NCBI GenBank assembly: GCA_052390235.1
Contig: JBQTHB010000002.1
Location: forward strand, 224,001-288,000
From: Deltaproteobacteria bacterium
GTDB lineage: Bacteria; Desulfobacterota_D; UBA1144; Nemesobacterales; CSP1-2
Length of the DNA stretch: 64,000 bases
Direction: 5' to 3'
This document shows, piece after piece, positions 41,716 to 51,532 of the stretch (position 1 is the first letter of the stretch; each line of letters opens with the position of its first letter). The notes under the pieces are model-generated. The model ran no database searches. It was not told the origin of the DNA and worked only from the letters and a program-made list of their open reading frames with translations. A program made the translations under genes and the position numbers.

Positions 41716-44271
41716 ATGAAAGAGCTTTCGGCACTACTCGAAGCACTAGAAAAACCGCTCAGGTTCGCCGCCAAAAACGGCTTCCAAAATATCCAAAAGG
41801 TGAAATTCCTCGAAGAACTCGCCGAGGAGTTGACGCTCAAAGCCCTTGCGCTTGCCCTTTTGCCTCAAGAGGCATCGGCTGTTGCCAGAATTCGCGGCTC
41901 GTTCGCGGGCTACGAAAATCTCCCCCTCGAATCCAAGAAAGAGGTCATAACGCGCTCCCTCCGAGTCATTGAGAGCGTCGGAGCTGGGCGTTCCGATTCG
42001 CCGAACGTAGCTGATAATCCGACTAAACCCCCTAAAACGGTTGCCGAGTCCGCCAATACTCCAACTGTCGTGGCCCAGATTAATAACGTAAAGCGCGCCG
42101 AAGCCCCAGATGCGGTAAAATCCGACCCCGCCCTGATGCCCATTCAGTTCGTCAAAGGCGTGGGGCCCCGCATTGCCGAAATCCTATATAAAAAAGGAAT
42201 CAAGACCGCTGAAGACGCCCTATATCACTTTCCAAAGTCGTATGAAGACCGCAGGCACATAAGGAAAATCTCAGAACTCAAGCCCGATCTCAAGCAGACC
42301 GTAACGGGGCGTGTGGTCGTTGCCGGAAAAATCCGCGCCAAAACGAGAGAGCTTTTTCAGGTGATATTATCGGATGGCACCGGAGACCTCTCGCTAGTTT
42401 GGTTTAAGTTCAATGAAAAGTATTTAAAGAATCTATATAAAAAAGGGGTTTCCGTTATTCTCACAGCCGAGGTGAAGCTCGGCTACAGGGACGCTCTTCA
42501 AATCCTCCATCCGAAACCCGAAGATACAGAAATCATCGAAGACGAGGACGACCCCCCAGCGGATGCAAAGGACCTGGTCAATCTCAATCGCATCACCCCG
42601 ATTTATCCCCTTACCGAGGGGATAAAACAGAGACGCATCAGAGGGATAATTAAAACCCTTGCCGATGAGCGCTGTCCCCGAATCCAAGACCCCGCTCCCG
42701 AGGAATCCAAAGAGAGGGCGGGCTTGATGCCGCTTGGCGAAGCCCTAGGGCGCGTGCATTTCCCCGCAGACTCGGACGGCGTGGTTGACCTTGGGGACGC
42801 ATCCTCTGTTTATGGCTCGCCGCCGCACAGGACTCTGGCATTCCATGAATTTTTTCTGATGGAGCTTGGCATTGCCATGAAAAAACGGGACGCCGCCCAC
42901 TCTCTGGGCATTGCATTTAAACCGACCGGGGAGCTTGTAAGCCGCCTCATCGGAATGCTCAAATTTACGCTCACCGCCGCTCAGAGGAGGGTAATATCCG
43001 AAATTGAGCGCGATATGCAATCCGAGAGGCCAATGAACCGTCTCCTGCAGGGCGATGTCGGCTCCGGCAAGACCATAGTCGCCCTGGTTTCGATGCTCAA
43101 GGCGGTTGAGTGCGGCTATCAGGCGGCGATAATGGCCCCTACGGAAATCCTCGCCGAGCAACACCTGCGCTCCATCCAAGGCTACGCCGAGGAATTGGGG
43201 CTAAACATCGCATTTCTTAAGAGCGGGCTAACTAAGAAGGCAAGGGAAGCCAATCTCGAAGCAATCAAATCGGGCAGGGCGGATATTGCCATTGGCACGC
43301 ACTCCCTAATTGAAGATAGAGTCGAATTTCACAAGCTCGGCGTCGTAGTCATTGACGAACAGCACCGGTTTGGGGTCATCCAAAGGGCGGCGCTTCGGGA
43401 GAGGGGGGCTAATAATCCCGACGTGCTTGTCATGACGGCAACGCCGATTCCCAGAACCCTTGCCATGACCGTCTATGGAGACCTCGACGTATCCGTGATT
43501 GACGAGATGCCGCCCGGAAGGCCGCCGGTTAAGACGCTCGTTTTTTATGAGGATAGAGGCTCGCGCCGAAGGGCTTACGACATCGTGCGCGGGGAAATTG
43601 AGCGGGGCAGGCAGGCTTACGTCGTCTATTCGCTGATAGAGGAGTCGGAAAGCCCCGATTTTAAGGATTTAAAATACGCGGTGCAGATGGCTGAGGAACT
43701 TCAGAAGGAGATTTTCCCAGAATTTAGGGTAGGTATCCTGCACGGGAGGATGAAGGGGGAGGAGAAGGACGCCGTCATGAGGAGGTTTCTCGCTCGCCAC
43801 TTGGATATTTTGGTCTCGACCACTGTGATAGAGGTAGGGGTTGACGTGCCGAATGCTACGGTGATGGTCGTGGAGAACGCCGAGCGGTTTGGGCTGTCTC
43901 AGCTTCATCAGCTTCGCGGGAGAGTGGGCAGGGGCGGGCATGAATCGTTCTGCGTGCTGATTTCAAGCTACAGGAGGAGCCAGGACGCTGAGGCGAGGCT
44001 CTCGATGATGGAGAAAACAACGGACGGTTTTAGAATAGCCGAGGCGGATTTGACAATTAGGGGCCCCGGAGATTTTCTAGGCACGAAGCAGTCGGGGCTT
44101 CCAGAGTTTCGGTTCGCAAATTTGATTCGAGATGTGAGAATCCTGTCCGAAGCGCGAGATGAGGCGTTCAAAGTAGTCGAAGGAGACCCGACTCTCTCCC
44201 AATATCCCACACTGCTTGGCGAAGTCCTTGTCAGATGGCAGGGGAGGCTTCGGCTTGCCGGAATTTCTTAG
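41716..44271 (+). CDS. recG: ATP-dependent DNA helicase RecG (with N-terminal extension)
   Basis: QGDVGSGKT, DEQHRFGV, MTATPIPR, QLRGRVGRG; start moved to ATG 41716. Confidence 0.97.
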   Translation: MKELSALLEALEKPLRFAAKNGFQNIQKVKFLEELAEELTLKALALALLPQEASAVARIRGSFAGYENLPLESKKEVITRSLRVIESVGAGRSDSPNVADNPTKPPKTVAESANTPTVVAQINNVKRAEAPDAVKSDPALMPIQFVKGVGPRIAEILYKKGIKTAEDALYHFPKSYEDRRHIRKISELKPDLKQTVTGRVVVAGKIRAKTRELFQVILSDGTGDLSLVWFKFNEKYLKNLYKKGVSVILTAEVKLGYRDALQILHPKPEDTEIIEDEDDPPADAKDLVNLNRITPIYPLTEGIKQRRIRGIIKTLADERCPRIQDPAPEESKERAGLMPLGEALGRVHFPADSDGVVDLGDASSVYGSPPHRTLAFHEFFLMELGIAMKKRDAAHSLGIAFKPTGELVSRLIGMLKFTLTAAQRRVISEIERDMQSERPMNRLLQGDVGSGKTIVALVSMLKAVECGYQAAIMAPTEILAEQHLRSIQGYAEELGLNIAFLKSGLTKKAREANLEAIKSGRADIAIGTHSLIEDRVEFHKLGVVVIDEQHRFGVIQRAALRERGANNPDVLVMTATPIPRTLAMTVYGDLDVSVIDEMPPGRPPVKTLVFYEDRGSRRRAYDIVRGEIERGRQAYVVYSLIEESESPDFKDLKYAVQMAEELQKEIFPEFRVGILHGRMKGEEKDAVMRRFLARHLDILVSTTVIEVGVDVPNATVMVVENAERFGLSQLHQLRGRVGRGGHESFCVLISSYRRSQDAEARLSMMEKTTDGFRIAEADLTIRGPGDFLGTKQSGLPEFRFANLIRDVRILSEARDEAFKVVEGDPTLSQYPTLLGEVLVRWQGRLRLAGIS

Positions 44272-44281
44272 GCTTGAAGCA

Positions 44282-44525
44282 GAGGTGAGACAATCGGAAT
44301 TACACTTCACCCTGAGCGCTTCGACTAGCTCATCCTCATCTGCGTCGGAGGGCGGGCGGATACTCGTATGTCATTCTCACGGAAGTGGGAATCCATAGTT
44401 CGACTCCGCTTGCCATGAAGAGAATTGGATTCCCGCTCAGATGACCTGCGGGAATGACAACCCTCCAGCGTTCGGAATGACAGGGAGGTGAAGCAGTTCA
44501 GAATGACAGGAGTGAGGCGTTGGGA
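44282..44525 (+). repeat. Composite palindromic repeat cluster left of the PEP-CTERM gene
   Basis: 44332-44482 is a near-identical direct copy of 45533-45683. Confidence 0.9.
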
Positions 44526-44532
44526 GGGCAAT

Positions 44533-44570
44533 AAAAAAGGGGAGCGAGAGTTTTCACTCCAGCCCCCCCT
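44533..44570 (-). terminator. Rho-independent terminator of the PEP-CTERM gene
   Basis: Minus strand GGGGGGCTGGAGT-GAAA-ACTCTCGCTCCCC followed by T6. Confidence 0.8.
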
Positions 44571-44602
44571 AGATTAAATTTAGCCTTTCTTCGCGTGGAG
44601 AA

Positions 44603-45256
44603 TTAAGCCCTTTTCCTTCTGCCGAACAGACACACAGCGGCTAGACCCGAGCCGAGCAGAAGAAGAGTCGCAGGTTCAGGAGCGGCGGCTACGCCTTCAA
44701 ATGTAATGTTATCAATTGCATAGCCGCTATTGTTTCCCGCCTCTTGCGATATTTGTACCATGTTGAACGCGGCTACTGCCTGAAGATATACGGGCGCAGT
44801 AAATGGACCGGAGAAGGTAAATGTGTCAACAACAGCGTTATTGAGCAGGAAAGTTACAGGGAAATTGCCGAACTGATCAATGTGGGAGTACCCAAAGAAC
44901 ATTTGATTGCCGGCAAAAGTGATTGTAAATACAGGATTGCCGCCCGAATTCCCGTCGTCTATAGCTCCCCCTACAGCCGCCACCGCTAGAACGCCGTTGA
45001 CGGACGCGAGAGCTTGCCCGTCTGTATTTGCACTTAAAATATCTCCGCCGGGCGTTCCGTTAGCTACGGTAACCGAGGAAATTCCTACGCTCGTAAAATA
45101 CGGGTCTGTCGTGGAAATAGGTCCCGGGGCTAGAGCCTCGAAATCTAGTTCAACCGGATTCGTAAAATCACCCAAGGTAACGACCGTAGCCGCATTGACG
45201 CTTGAAGCCATTAGCAATATTGCTAATATTGAGCCTAAACTGCTTAACCTTAACAT
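44603..45256 (-). CDS. PEP-CTERM sorting domain surface protein
   Basis: Signal peptide; C-terminal APEPATLLLLGSGLAAVCLFGRRKRA. Confidence 0.93.
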   Translation of the reverse strand: MLRLSSLGSILAILLMASSVNAATVVTLGDFTNPVELDFEALAPGPISTTDPYFTSVGISSVTVANGTPGGDILSANTDGQALASVNGVLAVAAVGGAIDDGNSGGNPVFTITFAGNQMFFGYSHIDQFGNFPVTFLLNNAVVDTFTFSGPFTAPVYLQAVAAFNMVQISQEAGNNSGYAIDNITFEGVAAAPEPATLLLLGSGLAAVCLFGRRKRA

Positions 45257-45292
45257 GGACTATATCCCCCCTTTTATTAGTTATTTCCAATT

Positions 45293-45324
45293 ATTTTACC
45301 CCCCCCCCCCCCCAATAAAGTCAA
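45293..45324 (-). promoter_or_regulatory. Sigma70-type promoter with a G15 homopolymer in the -35/-10 spacer
   Basis: TTGACT-TTATT-G15-TAAAAT; spacer 20 bp. Confidence 0.75.
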
Positions 45325-45367
45325 GATGGTTTGTTTCGTTGGCGAGAAATGCGAAAATTACATGGCT

Positions 45368-45786
45368 CGATTCGGTTTGCTATGAAGAAAACTGGATTCC
45401 CGCTCAGAAGACTGCGGGAATGACAACCCTCTGCGTTCGGAATGACGCATCCAGCGGTCAATTTGCGCCGCCCCCACCTTGTCATTTCGAGGGAGCATTA
45501 GCGACTGAGAAATCTTATAGCGATAACGATAAATCCTCATCTGCGTCGAAGGGCGGGTAGAGCCTCGTGTGTCATTCTCACGAAAGTGGGAATCCATAGT
45601 TCGACTCCTCTCACTATGAAGAGAATTGGATTCCCGCTCAGATGACTTGCGGGAATGACAACCCTCTGCGTTCGGGAATGACACGAGTGAGGCGGTTCGG
45701 AATGATACTTCATCCTGAGCGCTTCGACTCCGCTCAGCATAAACTACGTCGAAGGGCAATGAATCCCTTATCTGGAATCGCGCATC
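45368..45786 (+). repeat. Composite palindromic repeat cluster right of the PEP-CTERM gene
   Basis: Two GGATTCCCGCTCAGA...GCGGGAATGACAACCCTC units plus modules shared with 33645-33966. Confidence 0.9.
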
Positions 45787-45878
45787 TGACAAATTCGGCG
45801 CAAAAATTTATTGACATGAGAAATTAAGTAATTAACTTATTAGCTAGGCAATTACAGAGAAATAGGAGAATAAAAACC

Positions 45879-46751
45879 ATGTCAAGCAGTATAAAAACGG
45901 CTCTCCTGCTCGCCGTGATGACTTTTGTATTTGTATATATAGGAAAACTCCTCGGCGGAACTGCCGGAATGACCATTGCCCTAGGCATTGCGCTGGTGAT
46001 GAATTTCATCTCATACTGGTTCTCGGACAGAATAGTCCTTGCCATGTACGGAGCAAAAGAGGTTACAGCCGACCAAGCCCCTCAGATTTTCGGGATGGTC
46101 AGAAATGTCGCCCAGCAGGCTCAGATTCCGATGCCCAAAGTCTATGTGATACCCACGCCCGCCCCTAATGCCTTCGCCACGGGCAGAAACCCTCAAAACG
46201 CCGCAGTCGCCGTAACCGACGGCATCGTGAGACTCCTTCAGCCGCATGAACTCGAAGGCGTGATAGCCCACGAAATCGCCCATATTAAAAATAGGGATAT
46301 TCTCATCGGCACTATAGCCGCAACCCTTGCCGGCGCAATAGGCTACATTGCCAGCATGGCTCAGTGGGCGATGATTTTCGGCGGATTTGGCAGGAGCGGG
46401 GATAGCGAGGGCGAAGAAGGAGGCGGAGCGGGAAGCCTCGTAGGCTCGATAGCCATGATGATTCTAGCCCCGATAATTGCCATGATAATTCAGCTTGCAA
46501 TATCCCGCTCAAGGGAGTATAAAGCCGATGAGACGGCGGCGCGCCTCACGAGAAAGCCAATGTCCCTAGCCACGGCTCTTCAGAAAATCAGCGCGGGAGC
46601 GGCCAATATCCCGCTTGACGCCAATCCCGGCACGGCTCATATGTTTATTATGAACCCCCTGCACGGCGGCTTGGCGGGGCTACTCAGCACTCACCCGCCT
46701 GTCGAGGAGAGAATCGCAAGGCTCGAGAAGCTATCAAGAGAGATTATTTAG
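45879..46751 (+). CDS. htpX: Zinc metalloprotease HtpX
   Basis: PNAFATGR, HEIAH, SRSREYKAD, STHPP. Confidence 0.96.
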   Translation: MSSSIKTALLLAVMTFVFVYIGKLLGGTAGMTIALGIALVMNFISYWFSDRIVLAMYGAKEVTADQAPQIFGMVRNVAQQAQIPMPKVYVIPTPAPNAFATGRNPQNAAVAVTDGIVRLLQPHELEGVIAHEIAHIKNRDILIGTIAATLAGAIGYIASMAQWAMIFGGFGRSGDSEGEEGGGAGSLVGSIAMMILAPIIAMIIQLAISRSREYKADETAARLTRKPMSLATALQKISAGAANIPLDANPGTAHMFIMNPLHGGLAGLLSTHPPVEERIARLEKLSREII

Positions 46752-46759
46752 CAGTACCT

Positions 46760-46806
46760 CGGCAGGGGCGTGCTATCCCCCCTATATGCTACGCTCCTGC
46801 CGTTTT
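46760..46806 (+). terminator. Probable terminator after htpX
   Basis: CGGCAGGGGCGT ... ACGCTCCTGCCG then TTTT. Confidence 0.65.
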
Positions 46807-46938
46807 CCTAAGTTTGTTCCCTCGGTTCTACTCACTTCCGCCGCTCGTAAAACCCCGCTGATTCAATTCTGGCTTGTTCGGTCTATCCCCAGCGCTTTGA
46901 ACTTGTCCAATATATTTATAAATGGTAGTTTTTATCCC

Positions 46939-48234
46939 ATGTCCAAAGTGATTATTCAAGGCAATGCCCGTCCTCTAAAAGGCGAATTTACCCCTCCCGG
47001 CGATAAATCCATCTCTCACAGGGCGGCGCTTTTAGGCGGAATCTGCGACGGCGAGACCACGGTTAGGGGCTTTCTGTCCAGCGACGACACTCTCTCCTCG
47101 GTAAAAGCGATGCAGATGCTAGGGGTCGAGGTCGAATTTACCAGCGAACTCCTGAGGATACGCGGCCGCGGTCTTCACGGTCTCAAAGAGCCGGACGATG
47201 TAATTGACGCCGGCAATTCGGGAACTACATCGAGACTCATATCCGGGATTCTCTCGGCTCAGGGATTCTTCTCAGCTATTACCGGCGATAAGTACCTGCG
47301 CGCCCGCCCAATGGAGAGGGTAGTAAAGCCTCTCTCTCTGATGGGGGCTAGGTTCTCCGGGCGAAACGGTGGGAAAAACCTCCCGCTTGCGATTCAGGGG
47401 GGGGCACTCAGGGGCGTCCGGTATGAGCTTCCCGTAGCGAGCGCGCAGGTGAAGTCTGCAATCCTGCTTGCGGGTATTTATGCCGGCGGCGAAACCGAGG
47501 TCGTCGAGCCAACTCCCACTAGAGACCACACCGAGAGAATGCTCGCTTACTTCGGGGCGGAGGTGCGAAGAGAGGGCAGGAGCGTCAAGGTTAAAACCAC
47601 ATCCACACTCCGAGGGGGCGAGGTTGTTGTGCCGGCGGATATCTCCTCAGCCGCGTTTTTCATTGCCGCCGCGCTGATTAATCCAAATTCCCAGGTGCTG
47701 ATTCGCAACGTCGGCGTGAACCCCCACAGAACCGGGGTGATTAATATCTTCCGGCAGATGGGCGGGCGCGTCGAAATCCTAAACGAGCGGGAGGTGAGCG
47801 GCGAGCCTATAGCGGATTTACTCGCATCATCCAGCGCGCTTAGGGGTATCCAAATAGGCGGAGACCTCATCGCTAGAGCCATTGACGAGCTTCCCGTAAT
47901 TGCCGCCGCCGCGTGCTTTGCCGAGGGCGAGACCACCATCAGGGACGCAAAAGAGCTCAGGGTCAAGGAAACCGACCGCATCAGGGCGACAAGCGCGGAG
48001 CTTCAAAAACTAGGCGCCGATATTCAGGAACTTCCCGATGGGATGATAATTAAAAGCGGGCAGCAGCTTCGCGGGGCTAGATGCGATAGCTGGGGCGACC
48101 ACAGAATCGCAATGTCCGTAGCAATTGCCGCTACGAGGGCGACGGGCGAGACCGAAATTAACGGCTCGGAGTGCGTGTCCGTATCCTTCCCCGAGTTCTT
48201 TGAAGCGCTTCGGGATTTGAGGGGAGGCCTCTAG
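46939..48234 (+). CDS. aroA: EPSP synthase
   Basis: PGDKSISHR, DAGNSGT, SAQVKSA, RDHTE, KETDR, DHRIAM; start moved to ATG 46939. Confidence 0.97.
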   Translation: MSKVIIQGNARPLKGEFTPPGDKSISHRAALLGGICDGETTVRGFLSSDDTLSSVKAMQMLGVEVEFTSELLRIRGRGLHGLKEPDDVIDAGNSGTTSRLISGILSAQGFFSAITGDKYLRARPMERVVKPLSLMGARFSGRNGGKNLPLAIQGGALRGVRYELPVASAQVKSAILLAGIYAGGETEVVEPTPTRDHTERMLAYFGAEVRREGRSVKVKTTSTLRGGEVVVPADISSAAFFIAAALINPNSQVLIRNVGVNPHRTGVINIFRQMGGRVEILNEREVSGEPIADLLASSSALRGIQIGGDLIARAIDELPVIAAAACFAEGETTIRDAKELRVKETDRIRATSAELQKLGADIQELPDGMIIKSGQQLRGARCDSWGDHRIAMSVAIAATRATGETEINGSECVSVSFPEFFEALRDLRGGL

Positions 48235-48282
48235 CCTGTTTACCACTTCTGAATTTCCTTCGCGGGCGGCTCTGATAAAATT

Positions 48283-48969
48283 ATGAAAAAAGCGGTTATC
48301 GTAGCGATTGACGGGCCTGCCGGGGCGGGCAAAGGCGCCGTTGCCAGAGCCGTTGCCGGACGCCTCGGTTTCATTTATCTCGACACTGGGGCGATGTACA
48401 GGGCGGTGGCGCTTCTCGTATCGAGGGGCGGAGTGGATATTTGCGACGAAGGGGAGCTTCAAAAAACCCTCCTCGAATCGCATATCAATCTTAAAACCGG
48501 CTCAGACGGCAATTTGAGTGTGTTCCTAGGGGTTGAGGACGTTACGGATGAGATTCGCGCGCCGGAAATATCGCGCCTCGCATCGGACGTCGCCACGAAG
48601 AAATCCGTAAGGGACGTGCTTCGCGGGATGCAGAGGAGAATTGGGCGCGCCGGGAATATCGTAGCCGAGGGGAGGGATATGGGAACGTATGTTTTCCCGG
48701 AAGCCGATTTCAAATTCTACCTAGACGCCGCGCTTGAAGAGCGGGCAAGACGCAGACATCGCCAATTGCTGGAGATGGGGATTCGCGAGCCTCTAGGGGC
48801 TGTTCTGGATGCCATGCGCGCGCGAGATGCTCAGGATAAAGAACGCGCCCAAGCGCCCTTGCATCCTGCCGTAAATGCAGTAATAATAGATACGACGAGT
48901 GTTGCGGCGGCTGATGTGATAGATAAAATAGTGGAAACGGTCAACGGGGGTGTACTGAGCAATGGCTAA
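48283..48969 (+). CDS. cmk: Cytidylate kinase
   Basis: IDGPAGAGK, DTGAMYR, EGRDMGT. Confidence 0.96.
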   Translation: MKKAVIVAIDGPAGAGKGAVARAVAGRLGFIYLDTGAMYRAVALLVSRGGVDICDEGELQKTLLESHINLKTGSDGNLSVFLGVEDVTDEIRAPEISRLASDVATKKSVRDVLRGMQRRIGRAGNIVAEGRDMGTYVFPEADFKFYLDAALEERARRRHRQLLEMGIREPLGAVLDAMRARDAQDKERAQAPLHPAVNAVIIDTTSVAAADVIDKIVETVNGGVLSNG

Positions 48970-49804
48970 GAGGATAATACTTGCCGAGACCGCCGGCGTG
49001 TGCTTCGGAGTCGAAAGAGCGCTTAGAAAATCCTTCGAGGTCATTAATAAATCCGACGGGCAAATTCGCTCGCTGGGACCCATAATTCATAACCCCCAGG
49101 TGGTAAAACGCCTTGAAGACAGGGGCGTAACCGTTGCCGATAAGCTCGAAGACGCAACCGACGGCACGGTCATCATCCGCGCCCACGGAGTGCCAGTGGG
49201 AACGGTGGATACGGCTAAGGATAAGGGGCTCAACGTCGTTGACCTCACCTGCCCTATAGTGAAAAAGCTCCAGTTCTCGGTCAAGAAACTCTCCGAAGAG
49301 GGGTATTTCGTCGTCATCGTTGGCGACAGAAACCACCCCGAAATAATAGGCACGCAGAGCTATGCAGATCCTGAGAGGCTCGTTGTGGTGTCGGATAAAT
49401 CGGAATTGGGGAACGAAATATTTTCCAAGAAAAAAGTGGGCATCGTCGCCCAAACCACTATAGCGTTTGAAAAATTCCGCGAAGTCGTAGATGAGTTCCT
49501 CGCCAGAAGCACGGAGGAGATAAAAATCGCAAATACCATCTGCGACGATATTTTTAATAAACAAAGAGAAGCCGTAGAGCTTGCGAAATCTGTTGATGTG
49601 ATGATAGTCATAGGCGGCAAGAACAGCTCCAATACGACGAAAATTGCGAAGCTCTGTCACGAGGTCAACGAAAACACCTATCAAATTGAAACCGTTGACG
49701 AGATTCGCTCCTTAGGGCTTGATTTTAAAGAAAAAACAGTAGGCGTTACCGCAGGGGCTTCGACGCCCTCGTGGATTATAGAAGACATATTACAGGGTTT
49801 ATAG
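48962..49804 (+). CDS. ispH: 4-hydroxy-3-methylbut-2-enyl diphosphate reductase
   Basis: CFGVERA, IIHN, AHG, TCP, TIC, SSNT, TAGASTP. Confidence 0.96.
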   Translation: MAKRIILAETAGVCFGVERALRKSFEVINKSDGQIRSLGPIIHNPQVVKRLEDRGVTVADKLEDATDGTVIIRAHGVPVGTVDTAKDKGLNVVDLTCPIVKKLQFSVKKLSEEGYFVVIVGDRNHPEIIGTQSYADPERLVVVSDKSELGNEIFSKKKVGIVAQTTIAFEKFREVVDEFLARSTEEIKIANTICDDIFNKQREAVELAKSVDVMIVIGGKNSSNTTKIAKLCHEVNENTYQIETVDEIRSLGLDFKEKTVGVTAGASTPSWIIEDILQGL

Positions 49805-49815
49805 AACGGTGGGAG

Positions 49816-51507
49816 ATGAACATAGAAGAGAAATCATTTGCAGAGCTGTTTGAAGAGAGTCTGAGCGTTCCCGAAAAGGGGACGATTTTTAAGGGTCTTG
49901 TAGTGAGAATTGACGCCGAAGACGTATTCCTCGACTTCGGGTCGAAATCAGAAGGGGTCGCGCCGCTTGGCGAATTTCGCAATGCTGACGGGGAGCTTAG
50001 GGTAAACATTGGGGACGAGGTTTTAGTGAGCCTTGAAGCGTGGTCTTCTCGGGGCGAGCCTCCGAAACTATCCAAGAGAAAGGCGGATTTAAACAGAGAG
50101 TCGGCGAGAATTCGCAAGGCTTACGAGGATGGAGAAATCCTAACCGCCAGAGTAGTAGAGAAGGTCAAAGGGGGCTTAATAGCTAACATCGGAGAAGAGT
50201 CCGAGGTCAGAGCGTTTCTTCCCGGCTCCCAGGTGGACATAAGGCATCAAGCCGATTTGGACAGCTTCATCGGAACTAAGCTCGAAGCGAGAATAATAAA
50301 GCTCTCAAATGAAGGGGTAGTCATATCGAGGCGAGTGTGGCTCGAAGAGCAGAGGGAAGTACACCGCAAGGAAACCCTCTCCACGTTGGAAGAGGGAAAG
50401 ACCGTCTCCGGCAGAGTGGTGAAAATTATTGAAAAGGGCGCATTCGTTGACATCGGCGGCATCGAGGGTTTCCTTCCGATAAGCGAAATCTCATGGGGGA
50501 GAATAAAACGCCCGAACGACGTAATCTCCACCGGCGAGGAAATCGAAGTCAAAATACTCAGGCTAGAAGAGGGGGATAAAATCACTCTCGGTCATAAGCA
50601 GACCAAAGCCGATCCATGGTCGTTTGCCGAGACGAGATATAAGCCGAATTCGAGAGTGCGGGGCAAGGTCGTCTCAACGGCGGAGTTCGGTGTGTTCATC
50701 GAGCTTGAACCGGGGGTTGAGGGGCTGGTTCACATAAGCGAAATCACTTGGACGAAAAAATTCAGGCATCCCAAAGAGATAATCCACGTTGGTACCGCCG
50801 CCGAAGCCATAGTGCTTGAGGTAGATACGGCGAAGAGGAGAATATCCCTCAGCCTGAGACTCCTCGAGCAGAGCCCGTGGGAGATATTCAAGGAAAAAAC
50901 CCCGTCTGGCACGAGGGTGCAGGGAAAGGTAGTCAACGTTACGGACAAGGGCGTATTCGTCGAGGTCGCCGAGGGGCTGGTAGGGCTTATGCGTCCTTCG
51001 GATATTTCTTGGATGGGCGCGGCGAATCCCGAAGAGGCTTTTAAAACCGGCGACGAAGCGGAGTTCGTTGTGCTGAATGTGGACGATAGAAACCGCAGAA
51101 TCGCCCTTGGAGTCAAACAACTTCAGGATGACCCATGGAAAGAGGCACAGCGCCGCTATAAGCCCGGCGAGAGCGTCGTTACCGGGAAAGTCTCGGTTAT
51201 AAAGGACAGGGGCGTCATCGTCGAACTGGCGGACGGGCTAGAGGGATACATGAGGGCGTCCGATTTTATCAACCGCGACGACAACAACAGGGACTTATCC
51301 AAAATCCTAAAGGTCGGCGACGAGATAACGGCTCAGGTAACGGGGTTTGAGAGCAAAAACCGCCAGCTTAACCTCAGCAAAAAACGCCATGAAGATCGTG
51401 TTGAGAAGGAAAAGGTTTCAAATTTTATGTCCTCTCAAGGCGGAGACGGCTCAATGACACTGGGAGATCTGCTTGGAGATAAGCTCAAATCTCTGGTCAA
51501 AAATTAG
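49816..51507 (+). CDS. rpsA: 30S ribosomal protein S1
   Basis: SFAELFEES N-terminus, six S1 domains (FLPGSQVD, GLVHISEITW), TLGDL tail. Confidence 0.95.
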   Translation: MNIEEKSFAELFEESLSVPEKGTIFKGLVVRIDAEDVFLDFGSKSEGVAPLGEFRNADGELRVNIGDEVLVSLEAWSSRGEPPKLSKRKADLNRESARIRKAYEDGEILTARVVEKVKGGLIANIGEESEVRAFLPGSQVDIRHQADLDSFIGTKLEARIIKLSNEGVVISRRVWLEEQREVHRKETLSTLEEGKTVSGRVVKIIEKGAFVDIGGIEGFLPISEISWGRIKRPNDVISTGEEIEVKILRLEEGDKITLGHKQTKADPWSFAETRYKPNSRVRGKVVSTAEFGVFIELEPGVEGLVHISEITWTKKFRHPKEIIHVGTAAEAIVLEVDTAKRRISLSLRLLEQSPWEIFKEKTPSGTRVQGKVVNVTDKGVFVEVAEGLVGLMRPSDISWMGAANPEEAFKTGDEAEFVVLNVDDRNRRIALGVKQLQDDPWKEAQRRYKPGESVVTGKVSVIKDRGVIVELADGLEGYMRASDFINRDDNNRDLSKILKVGDEITAQVTGFESKNRQLNLSKKRHEDRVEKEKVSNFMSSQGGDGSMTLGDLLGDKLKSLVKN

Positions 51508-51532
51508 CGCTGAGCGGGGTGGGGAGTAGCTT

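Noticed and set aside
33645..45786. CRISPR array in the repeat clusters
   Set aside because: No regular identical repeats with unique equal-length spacers; no cas genes.
44216..45827. Short ORFs in repeat clusters (44325-44531, 45358-45792, 45537-45740; also 33564-33764 and 10042-10361)
   Set aside because: They are translations of the palindromic repeats (recurrent CHS/RND/GMT peptides) without their own expression signals.
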